Origin: an uncultured Muribaculaceae bacterium
GTDB taxonomy: Bacteria; Bacillota_I; Bacilli_A; RF39; UBA660
Length of the DNA: 61,141 bases
Direction of reading: 5' to 3'
Assembly (NCBI GenBank): GCA_964417835.1
Contig: CAYQJD010000002.1
Location: 1-61,141, forward strand
Shown: positions 28,267-41,056 of the stretch, one piece after another
Layout: every line of letters begins with the position of its first letter
How positions within the stretch are numbered: position 1 is the stretch's first letter
Position numbers and translations under genes: made by a program
The notes under the pieces: model-generated
Databases searched by the model: none
What the model was told of the DNA's origin: nothing
The model's input: only the letters and a program-made list of their open reading frames with translations

Positions 28267-29601
28267 ATGAAAGATTCTTTTTCTTGGACAGAATTTTTAA
28301 ATATTATAAAATCAAAATTATCTAGTGTTTCATATGATACTTGGTTTAAAGATACAAAATTATCAAAAATTAATGATGATTCAATATACATAGAAGTTCC
28401 TATGACTTTTCATAAAAATTTTTTAAATGATAATTATTATGAACTTATTGATAATGTTCTTAAATCCCTAACTGGTAAAAATTATGATATTAATTTTATT
28501 GTTGAAGATGAAATTATTCTAAACACTAATGAAGCTACTGATAAAGATGAAAAAAATTTTCAATCAAATTTAAACCCAAAATACACTTTTGAAAATTTTG
28601 TTATAGGAGATACTAATAGATTTGCTCAAACAGCGGCAGTTGCTGTTGCTGAACAACCTGGAAAAGTTTATAATCCTTTGTTTATCCATGGAAAAAGTGG
28701 TTTAGGAAAAACTCACTTAATGCATGCAATAGGAAATTATATTGTTGAAAATTCACATAAAAATGTCTTATATGTTACAAGTGATAAATTTATAAGTGAC
28801 TTTATTGGAATTAACAAAAAAGATAGTGATAATTATGATGTTATAGAACATTTTAAAGATAAATATAGAAATATAGATGTTCTTATTATAGATGATATAC
28901 AATTTTTAGGTGGTGCAGAAAAAACTCAACAAGAATTTTTTCATACTTTCAATACTTTATATGATTCGAATAAACAAATAATAATAAGTTCAGACAGATC
29001 ACCTGATGATTTAAAATTATTAGAAGATAGACTTAGAACAAGATTTAGATGGGGTCTAACTGCTAATATATTCCCACCAGACTTTGATCTTAGATGCAAA
29101 ATACTAAAAGATAAAATGTCTGGACATGAAGTTGCAAAATTGGTTAAGCAAGAAGTAATAGAATATATTGCAAATAATTGTGAAAGTGATGTTAGACATT
29201 TAGAAGGTGCAATAACAAGACTCTATGCATATGCTGCAATATATAATCCAAATGAAATTAATCTAGAATTTGCAACAGAAGCACTGAAAGATTATTTAGG
29301 AAAATCAGTCTATTCTAGTAATAACATTACAAAAATTCAGAAAGCTGTTGCAGATTATTTTAATATAACTGTTGATAATTTAAAGAGTAAAAAAAGAACT
29401 GCGGAAATAAACAATGCAAGACAAATTGCTATTTATATATGTAGAATGACTACAGAAGAAACTACAGTACGAATAGGTTTAGAATTTGGAAATAGAGATC
29501 ATTCAACAGTATTGCACGCAATTGAAAAAGTTAGCAAAGATATTAAAAAAAATGATACTTTAAAAAGACAAATAAGTGAAATTAAAAATAAAATTAACTA
29601 A
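28267..29601 (+). CDS. dnaA: Chromosomal replication initiator DnaA
   Basis: 'GKSGLGKTHL', 'IDDIQFL', C-terminal HTH 'ARQIAIYICR'. Confidence 0.97.
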   Translation: MKDSFSWTEFLNIIKSKLSSVSYDTWFKDTKLSKINDDSIYIEVPMTFHKNFLNDNYYELIDNVLKSLTGKNYDINFIVEDEIILNTNEATDKDEKNFQSNLNPKYTFENFVIGDTNRFAQTAAVAVAEQPGKVYNPLFIHGKSGLGKTHLMHAIGNYIVENSHKNVLYVTSDKFISDFIGINKKDSDNYDVIEHFKDKYRNIDVLIIDDIQFLGGAEKTQQEFFHTFNTLYDSNKQIIISSDRSPDDLKLLEDRLRTRFRWGLTANIFPPDFDLRCKILKDKMSGHEVAKLVKQEVIEYIANNCESDVRHLEGAITRLYAYAAIYNPNEINLEFATEALKDYLGKSVYSSNNITKIQKAVADYFNITVDNLKSKKRTAEINNARQIAIYICRMTTEETTVRIGLEFGNRDHSTVLHAIEKVSKDIKKNDTLKRQISEIKNKIN

Positions 29602-29723
29602 ATGTTAATAAAATTAAATTTTTACACAGTAGTATTTTAAATAAAATATAATAAAATCCAAGTTATGAACATTATTAACATATATAATAATAATAAGTTA
29701 AAAAAAGAAAGAAGGAATTAAAT

Positions 29724-30842
29724 ATGAAACTTAAAATAAATAAAAATATATTATTAGAAAACTTAATTAATGTAGTTAGAGCGATATCTCCAAAAAATAT
29801 TATACCTATATTAAATGGAATTAAATTTGAATTAACTAGTAAAGGTTTAAATTTAACGGCAAGTGATAGTGATTTAACAATAAAATCATTTATTCCAAAA
29901 GAAAATATTATAAACATAATAGAAGAAGGAACAATTATAATACAAAGTAAATACATTATAGATATAATTAAAAAAATGCCAAATGATGAAATTAATATTG
30001 AAATTATTGATGGGCTAAAAATAAGAATTTATACTGAAAATAGCCAATATAGTTTAAATTGTTTAAGTACAGAAGATTATCCACAAATAATTTTAGAAGA
30101 AACTAATAATCCTATAAAAATTAAAAGTGATATTTTAAAAAATATGATAAAACAAACAATTTTTGCAGTATCATTACAAGAATCAAGGCCATTATTAACA
30201 GGACTAAATATTAATATCTCAAATAATATTATGGAAATAGTTGCAACAGATTCGTATAGACTTGCTAAAAAAACAATTATTTTAGATAAAGAATATGAAA
30301 ATAATATAAATATAGTTATTCCAGGTAAAAATATTAATGAATTAGATAAAATATTAACAGATGAAGATGATGTTGAAATTCATATATTTACTAATAAAAT
30401 AATATTTAAATATAAAAATATAATATTACAATCTAGTTTATTAAATGGAAATTATCCTAATACTTCTAATTTAATTCCAAAAGAATTTGAAATAATAATA
30501 AATTCTAATTTAAATAGTTTTTATTCAAGTATTGATAGAGCAGCATTACTAACTCAAAGTAAAGATAAAAACATTGTTAGAATGGAAACAAATGGAAACG
30601 AATTAAATATATCTAGCTATGCATCAGAAATTGGAAAAGTTGAAGATAAATTAAAGATCAATAAAAATACTGAAAAAAACATTTCTATTTCTTTTAGTGC
30701 TAAATATATGATGGATGCATTAAAAACATTAGAAGAGGAAGAGTTATTAATTTTATTAAACAATGATTCTTCTCCAATAATCTTAAAATCTGTTAAAGAT
30801 GAAAGTTTAATACAATTAATTTTACCTATAAAAACATATTAG
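29724..30842 (+). CDS. dnaN: DNA polymerase III beta sliding clamp
   Basis: Position and length; 'ATDSYRLA'. Confidence 0.95.
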   Translation: MKLKINKNILLENLINVVRAISPKNIIPILNGIKFELTSKGLNLTASDSDLTIKSFIPKENIINIIEEGTIIIQSKYIIDIIKKMPNDEINIEIIDGLKIRIYTENSQYSLNCLSTEDYPQIILEETNNPIKIKSDILKNMIKQTIFAVSLQESRPLLTGLNINISNNIMEIVATDSYRLAKKTIILDKEYENNINIVIPGKNINELDKILTDEDDVEIHIFTNKIIFKYKNIILQSSLLNGNYPNTSNLIPKEFEIIINSNLNSFYSSIDRAALLTQSKDKNIVRMETNGNELNISSYASEIGKVEDKLKINKNTEKNISISFSAKYMMDALKTLEEEELLILLNNDSSPIILKSVKDESLIQLILPIKTY

Positions 30843-30862
30843 AACTAAAAGTTCTTTTTTTG
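30841..30862 (+). terminator. Intrinsic terminator after dnaN
   Basis: AGAACT-AAA-AGTTCT followed by TTTTTTT. Confidence 0.65.
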
Positions 30863-30938
30863 TTGATAAATCGACATAATTTAACATTTTTTTCTTTTAA
30901 GAGGTGTTATAAGAGAATTTATCAGGGAGGTGAAAAAT

Positions 30939-31391
30939 ATGAAGGAATATGAAATTTCTAAAGATACTTTAGCAATTATTCCAATTGGTGATAAGAAATC
31001 TAAAATTATGGAAAAAGATTGTTCTTTTATTATAGATAACTCACCTAATAATATTATGGACGAAAGTTGTAAATATTATGGTAGTTCTATAAATGGAAGA
31101 CAAAAAGGAACTTTGGATTTAACTGGTATTAGTTATAAAGCTCCAATTATAGTGCAAGAGGAAAACAATATTATTTTTTTTCCAACGACTTCTCCAAGAT
31201 TGAAAAGATGTTGTTGGATTTCAGTAAATAATATTGAATCATATTATTATGATTTTGAAAAAAATATGTGTATTATAATATTTGATAATAATGATAAACT
31301 TGAAATTGATATATCTTATTGCATTTTAAATAATCAGATATTAAAATCACATAGATTAGAATCAATTATTAATAAAAGAAAAATAAATTAG
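30939..31391 (+). CDS. ComK-family protein (short, 150 aa)
   Basis: 'KDCSFII..P..IMDESCKYYGSSINGRQKGT..TGISYKAPIIV....IIFFPTTSPRLKRCCWIS' parallels recalled B. subtilis ComK 'KDCVFYV..IVDRSCRFFGSSYAGRKAGT..ISHKPPIMV..IFLFPT..C.WIS'. Confidence 0.7.
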   Translation: MKEYEISKDTLAIIPIGDKKSKIMEKDCSFIIDNSPNNIMDESCKYYGSSINGRQKGTLDLTGISYKAPIIVQEENNIIFFPTTSPRLKRCCWISVNNIESYYYDFEKNMCIIIFDNNDKLEIDISYCILNNQILKSHRLESIINKRKIN

Positions 31392-31433
31392 TGTTAAAAA
31401 GCTTTAAATCAACCATTTTTTATGATATAATTT

Positions 31434-31476
31434 AAATAGGTATAGGAGTATTAGAATACCTATTTATTTATTTTTT
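31434..31476 (+). terminator. Intrinsic terminator after the comK-like gene
   Basis: AAATAGGTAT-12 nt-ATACCTATTT followed by a T-rich run. Confidence 0.6.
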
Positions 31477-31494
31477 CGATTAAGAAGTGGTTAA

Positions 31495-34492
<2,998 letters not shown>

Positions 34493-34507
34493 TAAAGGAG
34501 GTTAACT

Positions 34508-36949
34508 ATGGATAGAATTATAGAAAATAACATTGTAGAAGAAGTTCAAGATTCTTTTATTCGTTATTCAATGAGTGTTATTGTTGCAAGAGCTTTGCCT
34601 GATTTAAGAGATGGATTAAAACCAGTACATCGTCGTATCTTATATTCAATGTTTGAATCTGGATATACTCCTGATAAACCGCATCGTAAAAGTGCAAGAA
34701 TTGTCGGAGATGTAATGGGAAAATATCATCCTCATGGAGATTCTTCGATATATGAAGCTATGGTTAGAATGGCACAACCATTTAGTTTTAGACATATGCT
34801 TGTTGATGGACATGGTAATTTTGGTAATATGGATGGTGACGGTGCAGCAGCAATGCGTTATACAGAAGCAAGATTATCAAAATTATCTTTAGAAATGGTA
34901 AGAGATTTAAATAAAAATACAGTAGATTTTAATCCTAATTTTGATGAAACAGAAAAAGAACCAGAAATTTTGCCAAGTAGATTTCCTAATATATTAGTTA
35001 ATGGTACTATGGGAATCGCTGTAGGTATGGCTACCAATATTCCTCCACACAATTTAGGTGAGGTTATAGATGGATGTGTTGCTTACATTGATAATCATGA
35101 TATAACAACTTTAGAATTAATGAATTATATCAAAGGACCCGATTTCCCTACTGGGGCAAGTATTTTAGGTAATAGTGGAATAAAAAAAGCTTATGAAACT
35201 GGTAGAGGTACTATAACTATAAGAGGTAAGGCTAATATAGATGAGAATAATGGAAAACCTAGAATTATAATATCAGAGTTACCATATCAAGTTAATAAAG
35301 CTGAGTTCCAATCACGTATTGGAGAATTAGTTAGAGATAAAATTATTGATGGAATAAGTGAACTTCATGAGGAATCAAATTTAGAAAATCCTGTCAGAGT
35401 AGTGATTTATCTAAAAAAAGATGCCAATCCAAATGTGGTTTTAAATAATTTATACAAACATACTCAATTACAAGTATCGTATGGAATAAATTTATTGATG
35501 ATTGATCAAAAAAGACCTAAAGTATTATCTTTAAAAGAAATAATTTCAAAATATATCGATTATCAAAAAGAAATTATTATAAGAAGAACCAAGTTTGATT
35601 TAGATAAAGCTTTGAGTAGAGTACATATATTGGAAGGATTAAAAATTGCGTTAGATCATTTAGATGAAGTTATTAAGATTATACGTGATGCAGAAACTGA
35701 TATTAAAGCTAAAGAATCTTTAATTTCTAAATTTGGATTAGATGATATTCAAGCAGATGCAATTTTAGAGATGAAGTTACGTCGTCTAACTGGTTTAGAA
35801 AGAGAAAAAATCGAAAACGAATTAAAAGACTTGTTAAAGGCAATAGATGAATATAGATCTATTTTAGCAAGTGAAGAAAAGATTTTAAATATTATTAAAG
35901 AAGAGCTATTAGAAATAAAGAATAAGTTTGCAGATGAAAGAAGAACTAATATAGATATGTCTGCTATAGAATTTATTGAAGATGAATCATTAATTCCAGA
36001 GGAAAATATAATGATAATTCTTACTAATAAAGGTTATATAAAAAGATTATCTACTGATGTATACAAAACTCAAAATAGAGGTGGTATAGGCGTCAAGGGA
36101 ATGTCAATTAATGAAGAAGATTATGTCGAACATATGATCGAGATGTCTTCGCATGACTACATATTATTCTTTACAAATAAAGGTAAAGTTTACAGACTTA
36201 AGGGTTATGAAATACCTGAATTTAGTAAACAAGCTAAAGGATTACCTATTATAAATTTATTACAAATAGAAAAAAGTGAAAAAATCAATTCTTTAATAAA
36301 AATTTCACCGAAGAATGAATCTGATAAATATTTAATTTTTGGCACAAAAAAAGGCTTTTGTAAAAGAACTTTAATTAGTGAATTTTATAATATTAGAAAT
36401 AGTGGTAAAATATGTATTACTTTAAGAGATAATGACGAGTTAATCGGAGTAAAAGAATCTTCTGGAGGAAATTTAATACTTATGGGTTCTTCCGAAGGAA
36501 GAATGGTTGTTTTTGATGAAAATGAAATTCGTGTTATGGGTAGAACAGCATCTGGAGTTAGAGGAATAAATCTTAATAATGCTGAATGCGTTGGTATGGA
36601 AGTCGGTTTAAATAATGAAAACATACTAATAGTTACCAAAAAAGGTTATGGTAAAAAGACAGTGATTTCAGAATATAGAATGACTCGCAGGGGTAGTAAA
36701 GGCGTAAAAACTTTAAATATAACAGAAAAAAATGGAAATTTAGCGGCTTTTAAAATATGTAAAGATTCTGAAGATGTTATGATTATTACTAATTCCGGAA
36801 TGGTAATTCGAATATCAGCAGATCAAATAAGTCAATTAGGTCGAGTTACACAAGGTGTAAAATTGATAAATTTAAAGGAAAATCAAAAAGTATCTACAAT
36901 AAGTATTGTAGAAAAATATGAAGATTATCTTGATATTAATGATAATTGA
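34508..36949 (+). CDS. gyrA: DNA gyrase subunit A
   Basis: '[10 protein letters not shown]', '[10 protein letters not shown]' (catalytic Tyr). Confidence 0.97.
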   Translation: MDRIIENNIVEEVQDSFIRYSMSVIVARALPDLRDGLKPVHRRILYSMFESGYTPDKPHRKSARIVGDVMGKYHPHGDSSIYEAMVRMAQPFSFRHMLVDGHGNFGNMDGDGAAAMRYTEARLSKLSLEMVRDLNKNTVDFNPNFDETEKEPEILPSRFPNILVNGTMGIAVGMATNIPPHNLGEVIDGCVAYIDNHDITTLELMNYIKGPDFPTGASILGNSGIKKAYETGRGTITIRGKANIDENNGKPRIIISELPYQVNKAEFQSRIGELVRDKIIDGISELHEESNLENPVRVVIYLKKDANPNVVLNNLYKHTQLQVSYGINLLMIDQKRPKVLSLKEIISKYIDYQKEIIIRRTKFDLDKALSRVHILEGLKIALDHLDEVIKIIRDAETDIKAKESLISKFGLDDIQADAILEMKLRRLTGLEREKIENELKDLLKAIDEYRSILASEEKILNIIKEELLEIKNKFADERRTNIDMSAIEFIEDESLIPEENIMIILTNKGYIKRLSTDVYKTQNRGGIGVKGMSINEEDYVEHMIEMSSHDYILFFTNKGKVYRLKGYEIPEFSKQAKGLPIINLLQIEKSEKINSLIKISPKNESDKYLIFGTKKGFCKRTLISEFYNIRNSGKICITLRDNDELIGVKESSGGNLILMGSSEGRMVVFDENEIRVMGRTASGVRGINLNNAECVGMEVGLNNENILIVTKKGYGKKTVISEYRMTRRGSKGVKTLNITEKNGNLAAFKICKDSEDVMIITNSGMVIRISADQISQLGRVTQGVKLINLKENQKVSTISIVEKYEDYLDINDN

Positions 36950-36955
36950 TTTCTA

Positions 36956-36971
36956 TGTTTCACGTGAAACT
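36956..36971. promoter_or_regulatory. parS: parS site 1 (TGTTTCACGTGAAACT, 15/16 palindromic)
   Basis: Matches the Firmicute parS consensus TGTTNCACGTGAAACA except at the last base. Confidence 0.75.
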
Positions 36972-36979
36972 AAGTCACA

Positions 36980-36995
36980 TGTTTCACGTGAAACA
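36980..36995. promoter_or_regulatory. parS: parS site 2 (TGTTTCACGTGAAACA, perfect). It may also serve as the gyrA terminator stem.
   Basis: Exact match to the parS consensus, followed by TTTTT. Confidence 0.8.
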
Positions 36996-37040
36996 TTTTT
37001 ATTTACTTGAATTATTATAAAATAAATGATAATATTAATT

Positions 37041-37119
37041 CGTGCAATTAATATTTTTATAAACTGGTCAGGGTGGGAACACAGCAGCCATATTAAAATA
37101 TGTTAATGTGCACTTTTTT
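37041..37119 (+). ncRNA. ffs: Small (4.5S-type) signal recognition particle RNA
   Basis: Domain IV core 'GGTCAGGGTG-GGAA-CACAGCAGCC' parallels E. coli 'GGUCAGGUCC-GGAA-GGAAGCAGCC', with compensatory stem changes. 5' GTGCAATTAATATTTTTATA pairs with 3' TATTAAAATATGTTAATGTGCAC. A T-run follows. Promoter TTGAAT (37007-12), 17-nt spacer, TAATAT (37030-35). Confidence 0.8.
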
Positions 37120-37139
37120 ATTTTGGAGGAAAACAGTAT

Positions 37140-37556
37140 TTGAATAATAAATATGAAAAAATTTTAATTAAATTATGTAAAAAAGCTTCAAAAAAAGGTG
37201 AAATGCCTGTAAGTGCTCTAATTGTTAAAAATAACAAAATTATTTCTAAAGGATATAATAAAAAAAATATTAAAAAAAATTCCTTGTTGCATGCAGAAGT
37301 AATATGTTTACAAAAGGCTTTTAAAAAACTAAAAAGATGGAATTTAAATGATTGTGAAATCTTTGTTACACTTGAACCATGCACAATGTGTAGAGAAATC
37401 ATTCAAGAAGCAAGAATAAAAAAAGTATATTATTTCTTAAAAAAAGGTGAATGTACAAATAAATATTTTAAAACGAAATACGAACAAATGTATGCAAGTG
37501 ACTGTGATCAATTTAAAGATTTAATACAAATATTTTTTAACAATTTAAGGAAGTAA
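37140..37556 (+). CDS. tadA: tRNA-specific adenosine deaminase (TTG start)
   Basis: 'HAEVICLQKA', 'TLEPCTMC'. Confidence 0.9.
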   Translation: MNNKYEKILIKLCKKASKKGEMPVSALIVKNNKIISKGYNKKNIKKNSLLHAEVICLQKAFKKLKRWNLNDCEIFVTLEPCTMCREIIQEARIKKVYYFLKKGECTNKYFKTKYEQMYASDCDQFKDLIQIFFNNLRK

Positions 37557-37615
37557 TGATTATTAATATAGACGAAATTTTCTGAATTTGGTACAATTAA
37601 TATGGAGTGATTTAA

Positions 37616-39187
37616 ATGGAATATAAAGTTTTTTATAGAAAATATAGACCTACAAATTTTTCTGAATTAATAGGGCAAAAATATATTAAAGAAATATTAA
37701 TTAATTCTATAAAAAACAATAAAATAGCTCATGCATATATTTTCACAGGTCCTCGTGGAACTGGAAAAACAAGTACAGCAAAAATTTTTGCAAAGACTAT
37801 AAATTGTTTAAACAATCAAAGTGGTATTTCATGCGAAAAATGTGATATTTGCTTAAATTTTAAAGATTCAGCTGATATTATTGAAATTGACGCTGCAAGC
37901 AATAATGGAGTAGAAGAAATTCGAACTTTGAGAGATAATGTAAAAATTCTTCCATACAATTCTAAATATAAAGTATATATTATAGATGAAGTTCATATGT
38001 TATCAAATAGCGCTTGGAATGCATTACTTAAAACATTAGAAGAACCTCCAGCTCACGTAGTATTTATTTTAGCTACAACCGAAATAAGCAAAATACCAAA
38101 AACAGTTATATCTAGATGCCAACGATTTGATTTTTCAAAAATATCTCATGATGATATGAAAGATGCATTAATTAATATATGTAAACTTGAAAATTTAAAA
38201 ATAGAAAATAAAGCTCTTGATAAACTTATAACATTATCTAATGGATGTTTAAGAGATGCTTTAAGTTTGTTAGATCAACTTTCAAAAATTGATAATAATA
38301 TTACACTAAATAAAATTGAAGAAATTTTTGGAATTATATCTGATAGCAAATTAAATTTAATATTGTTGGCTATAGTAAATAATGATAAAACTAAAATATT
38401 TGAAATAGTAGATGAAATAAATAACAGTGGGGTTACACCTCTTAATTTCATAGATTCATTTATAGAATTTTTATTAAATAAAACACTGGACTCCGAAGAT
38501 GAAAATGAAATAATTTTTTTTCGTAAAATCATAATGCAATTAAGTTATTTGTTAATGAATTTTAATCCTTTAACAAATTTATTTATATTAATAAAGTTGG
38601 AACTTATTAGTATAGATTATTTCCCGGGAAATAAAGTTGAAAATATTTCCCAGTTGTCTTCGGAATCGATTCATGATAAGAATGATACCAAAGAAAAAAA
38701 AGTTATGGAAGTAACTGAAGAAAAAGACCTTACAAGAAATGATTATGATAAAGCCAAAAATATTAGAATAAACAACGGATTTGTTGGAGCATCAAAAAAA
38801 TTAAAAAATCAATTTGTGATTAATTGGAAAAACTTTATAAATAAATTGTCAATTGACAATAATTATAATGTTTTAGGCTTTATAGAAAATGCTAAAATAG
38901 AAGTTGTATCAATTACGAATATAATATTTTCATTTGATTCTGAAAATGAGGCAATATTATTTAATAAAAATTTAAATATTATTGAAGATTGTTATAATGA
39001 TTTTAATAATTCAAAATTAAAATTTATAGGTTTATCTCAAGAAGAATGGAATAAATTAAAGGAAGATTTTATAAAGAATAAAGATAAATATAGTTCTTAT
39101 ATAAATGAAGATATTGATTATGATAAAATTGAAAGTGTGGATCTTGCTACTCAACTTTTTGGCAAAGATATATTAGAAATAAGATAG
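37616..39187 (+). CDS. dnaX: DNA polymerase III subunit tau/gamma
   Basis: 'GPRGTGKTS', 'IIDEVHMLS', 'SRCQRF'. Confidence 0.95.
   Translation: MEYKVFYRKYRPTNFSELIGQKYIKEILINSIKNNKIAHAYIFTGPRGTGKTSTAKIFAKTINCLNNQSGISCEKCDICLNFKDSADIIEIDAASNNGVEEIRTLRDNVKILPYNSKYKVYIIDEVHMLSNSAWNALLKTLEEPPAHVVFILATTEISKIPKTVISRCQRFDFSKISHDDMKDALINICKLENLKIENKALDKLITLSNGCLRDALSLLDQLSKIDNNITLNKIEEIFGIISDSKLNLILLAIVNNDKTKIFEIVDEINNSGVTPLNFIDSFIEFLLNKTLDSEDENEIIFFRKIIMQLSYLLMNFNPLTNLFILIKLELISIDYFPGNKVENISQLSSESIHDKNDTKEKKVMEVTEEKDLTRNDYDKAKNIRINNGFVGASKKLKNQFVINWKNFINKLSIDNNYNVLGFIENAKIEVVSITNIIFSFDSENEAILFNKNLNIIEDCYNDFNNSKLKFIGLSQEEWNKLKEDFIKNKDKYSSYINEDIDYDKIESVDLATQLFGKDILEIR
38619..38632. promoter_or_regulatory. 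Perfect Noc-binding site ATTTCCCGGGAAAT inside dnaX
   Basis: Exact 14-bp NBS palindrome; encodes part of 'IDYFPGNKV'. Confidence 0.65.
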
Positions 39188-39198
39188 GAGAGATTAAT

Positions 39199-39492
39199 AT
39201 GAATAATTTAATAGCACAAGTTAAAAAAATGCAAAAGGATATTCAAAATAAACAAGAAGAAATATACAACATGGTATTTCTTGGTACAAGTGAGTGGGTT
39301 AATGTTGAAGTTTTTGGAAATAAAAAAATAAAAAAAATTTCAATTATTAATAAAAATATTAAAGATGACGAAGACTATGAATGCTTAGAAGATATGATAA
39401 AACTAGCTTTAGATGATGCATATAATAAAGTTGAAAAAGAAATAGAAAAAAAGTTAGGGGCATATAGCAATTCTTTGGGTGGATTATTTTAA
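39199..39492 (+). CDS. ybaB: Nucleoid-associated protein YbaB/EbfC
   Basis: 'QVKKMQKDIQNKQEEI'; dnaX-ybaB-recR synteny. Confidence 0.9.
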   Translation: MNNLIAQVKKMQKDIQNKQEEIYNMVFLGTSEWVNVEVFGNKKIKKISIINKNIKDDEDYECLEDMIKLALDDAYNKVEKEIEKKLGAYSNSLGGLF

Positions 39493-40094
39493 TGTATCCT
39501 GATGTTTTAAATAAGAATATAGAATATTTAAAAAAGTTTGATGGTATTGGAGAAAAAACTGCAGAAAGATTGGCTTTATCAATTTTAAATATGAATAAAG
39601 ATGATATTTTGGGTTTTGCAAATAATATTATTGAATTATCCCAAAATATAGTGAGATGTAAAATTTGTGGACATATTTCGGAAAAGGAAATTTGTAATAT
39701 TTGTTCTGATTCACAGAGAAGTGATAATATAATATGTGTAGTAGAAGATTATAAAACAATTTTTAGATTTGAAAATACAGGAAACTTTGAAGGAAAATAT
39801 CATGTTTTAAATGGAGTTATTTCTCCTATTGATGGTATCACTCCAGATGATTTAAATATTGATTCATTAATAGAAAGAATAAAAAATTTAAAAAATGATA
39901 ATGATATAGAAATTATAATTGCTTTAAAGCCATCAATAGAAGGTGAAACTACTACTTTATATTTAAAAAAAATATTAGATCCTTATAAAGTAAAAATCAC
40001 AAGATTATCTTATGGTATACCTATAGGTGTTGATATGGATTACTTGGATACTCTAACTTTAGATAGAGCTTTAAAAGATAGAAAAGATATTTAA
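39492..40094 (+). CDS. recR: Recombination protein RecR
   Basis: HhH 'GIGEKTAERLA', Cys4 'CKICGHISEKEICNIC', Toprim. Confidence 0.95.
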   Translation: MYPDVLNKNIEYLKKFDGIGEKTAERLALSILNMNKDDILGFANNIIELSQNIVRCKICGHISEKEICNICSDSQRSDNIICVVEDYKTIFRFENTGNFEGKYHVLNGVISPIDGITPDDLNIDSLIERIKNLKNDNDIEIIIALKPSIEGETTTLYLKKILDPYKVKITRLSYGIPIGVDMDYLDTLTLDRALKDRKDI

Positions 40095-40127
40095 AAATTG
40101 TTTTGCATAATATTAAATGGTGATATT

Positions 40128-40304
40128 ATGAAATTTTTAAAAATTTTAAAAAAGGTAATTTTTTCGTTTTTTTATTTATTTGCAATAAATTTATTTTTGT
40201 CGAAACTTGGATATAATATTCCTTTTAATTTATTTAGCTTTTTAATAATCTATTTTTTTAGATTTCCAGGTATATTGTTATTAGTATTTTTAGGTAGGTG
40301 GTAA
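40128..40304 (+). CDS. bofA: Pro-sigma-K processing inhibitor BofA-like membrane protein
   Basis: Two TM; 'LGYNIPFNLFSFLIIYFFRFPGILLLV' parallels BofA 'LGIHVPINLVT..GILGIPGIAALV'. Synteny after recR. Confidence 0.6.
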   Translation: MKFLKILKKVIFSFFYLFAINLFLSKLGYNIPFNLFSFLIIYFFRFPGILLLVFLGRW

Positions 40305-41056
40305 TATTGTTTGTTAATGAAAAATTTAAAGAAATTTATAATCAGTATTTAAATCATGATAATTCTCATGCTTTATTAATTTATACAAATGATTTAGATA
40401 AATGCAGAGAGGATACTAATAATTTAATAAAGAAAATATTTGATGATGATAATTTTAATCATTATTGTTCTGATTTTGTTTCAATTACAAGTAAAGATAA
40501 AAATATAATTTTAAAAGACGATGTATCTAGATTGAGATATTTATTTCAAACCACATCATCTAGTAAAAATTATAGAATTTATTTGATTGAAGAAGCACAT
40601 AAATTAAATTCTTCTTCTGCCAATTTAATTTTGAAGTTTTTAGAAGAGCCTCCTCAAGGCGTTATTGGAATTTTAATTACTACGAATTTAGATGCTGTTT
40701 TATCTACAATTAGAAGTAGGTGTCAAATAATTAATATATTTTATGATATTTCTAATGTTGTGGATGATAATCAGATTCAATTAATAAATAATTTTTTTAA
40801 TCAAAATAAATATGAAATGCTTTTTAATGCAAAAAAAACTTTTGAAACTTATGATAGAAAATCTTTAATAAATTTATTTGAACTATACATTCATAATTGT
40901 TATCGACATACTGATAAAACTTTTAAACCAGAAATTATAAGAAAATTAAATAGAGCAATAACTTTATTGAACAATAATGTAAATATTGATTATGTTTTTG
41001 ACTATTTATTATTGGAGAGTGGTAAAATTGATGGATCTTGTTGGAGTAACTTTTAA
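40298..41056 (+). CDS. holB: DNA polymerase III delta' subunit
   Basis: 'IYLIEEAHKLNSSSANLILKFLEEPP', 'RSRCQ'. Confidence 0.85.
   Translation: MVILFVNEKFKEIYNQYLNHDNSHALLIYTNDLDKCREDTNNLIKKIFDDDNFNHYCSDFVSITSKDKNIILKDDVSRLRYLFQTTSSSKNYRIYLIEEAHKLNSSSANLILKFLEEPPQGVIGILITTNLDAVLSTIRSRCQIINIFYDISNVVDDNQIQLINNFFNQNKYEMLFNAKKTFETYDRKSLINLFELYIHNCYRHTDKTFKPEIIRKLNRAITLLNNNVNIDYVFDYLLLESGKIDGSCWSNF

Noticed and set aside
27831-28391. ORFs 27831-28016 (+) and 28209-28391 (-)
   Set aside because: The first is antisense to rpmH and runs into oriC. The second overlaps the dnaA start. Neither has an SD or motifs.
29675-29956. Minus-strand ORF across the dnaN start. Other shadow ORFs are 34858-35052, 36385-36639, 37118-37402, 38275-38532, 45193-45426, 46175-46396, 49128-49355, 50470-50655, 51137-51319, 53858-54115, 56283-56465 and 58537-58719.
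   Set aside because: Each lies antisense within a confidently identified gene and shows shadow-frame composition.
36956-36995. Interpreting the CACGTG palindromes as a transcription-factor operator (Rex/FNR/E-box type) or merely as gyrA terminators
   Set aside because: The 16-mers match the parS consensus exactly or nearly exactly, which is a far more specific explanation. A secondary terminator role for the second copy is retained as possible.
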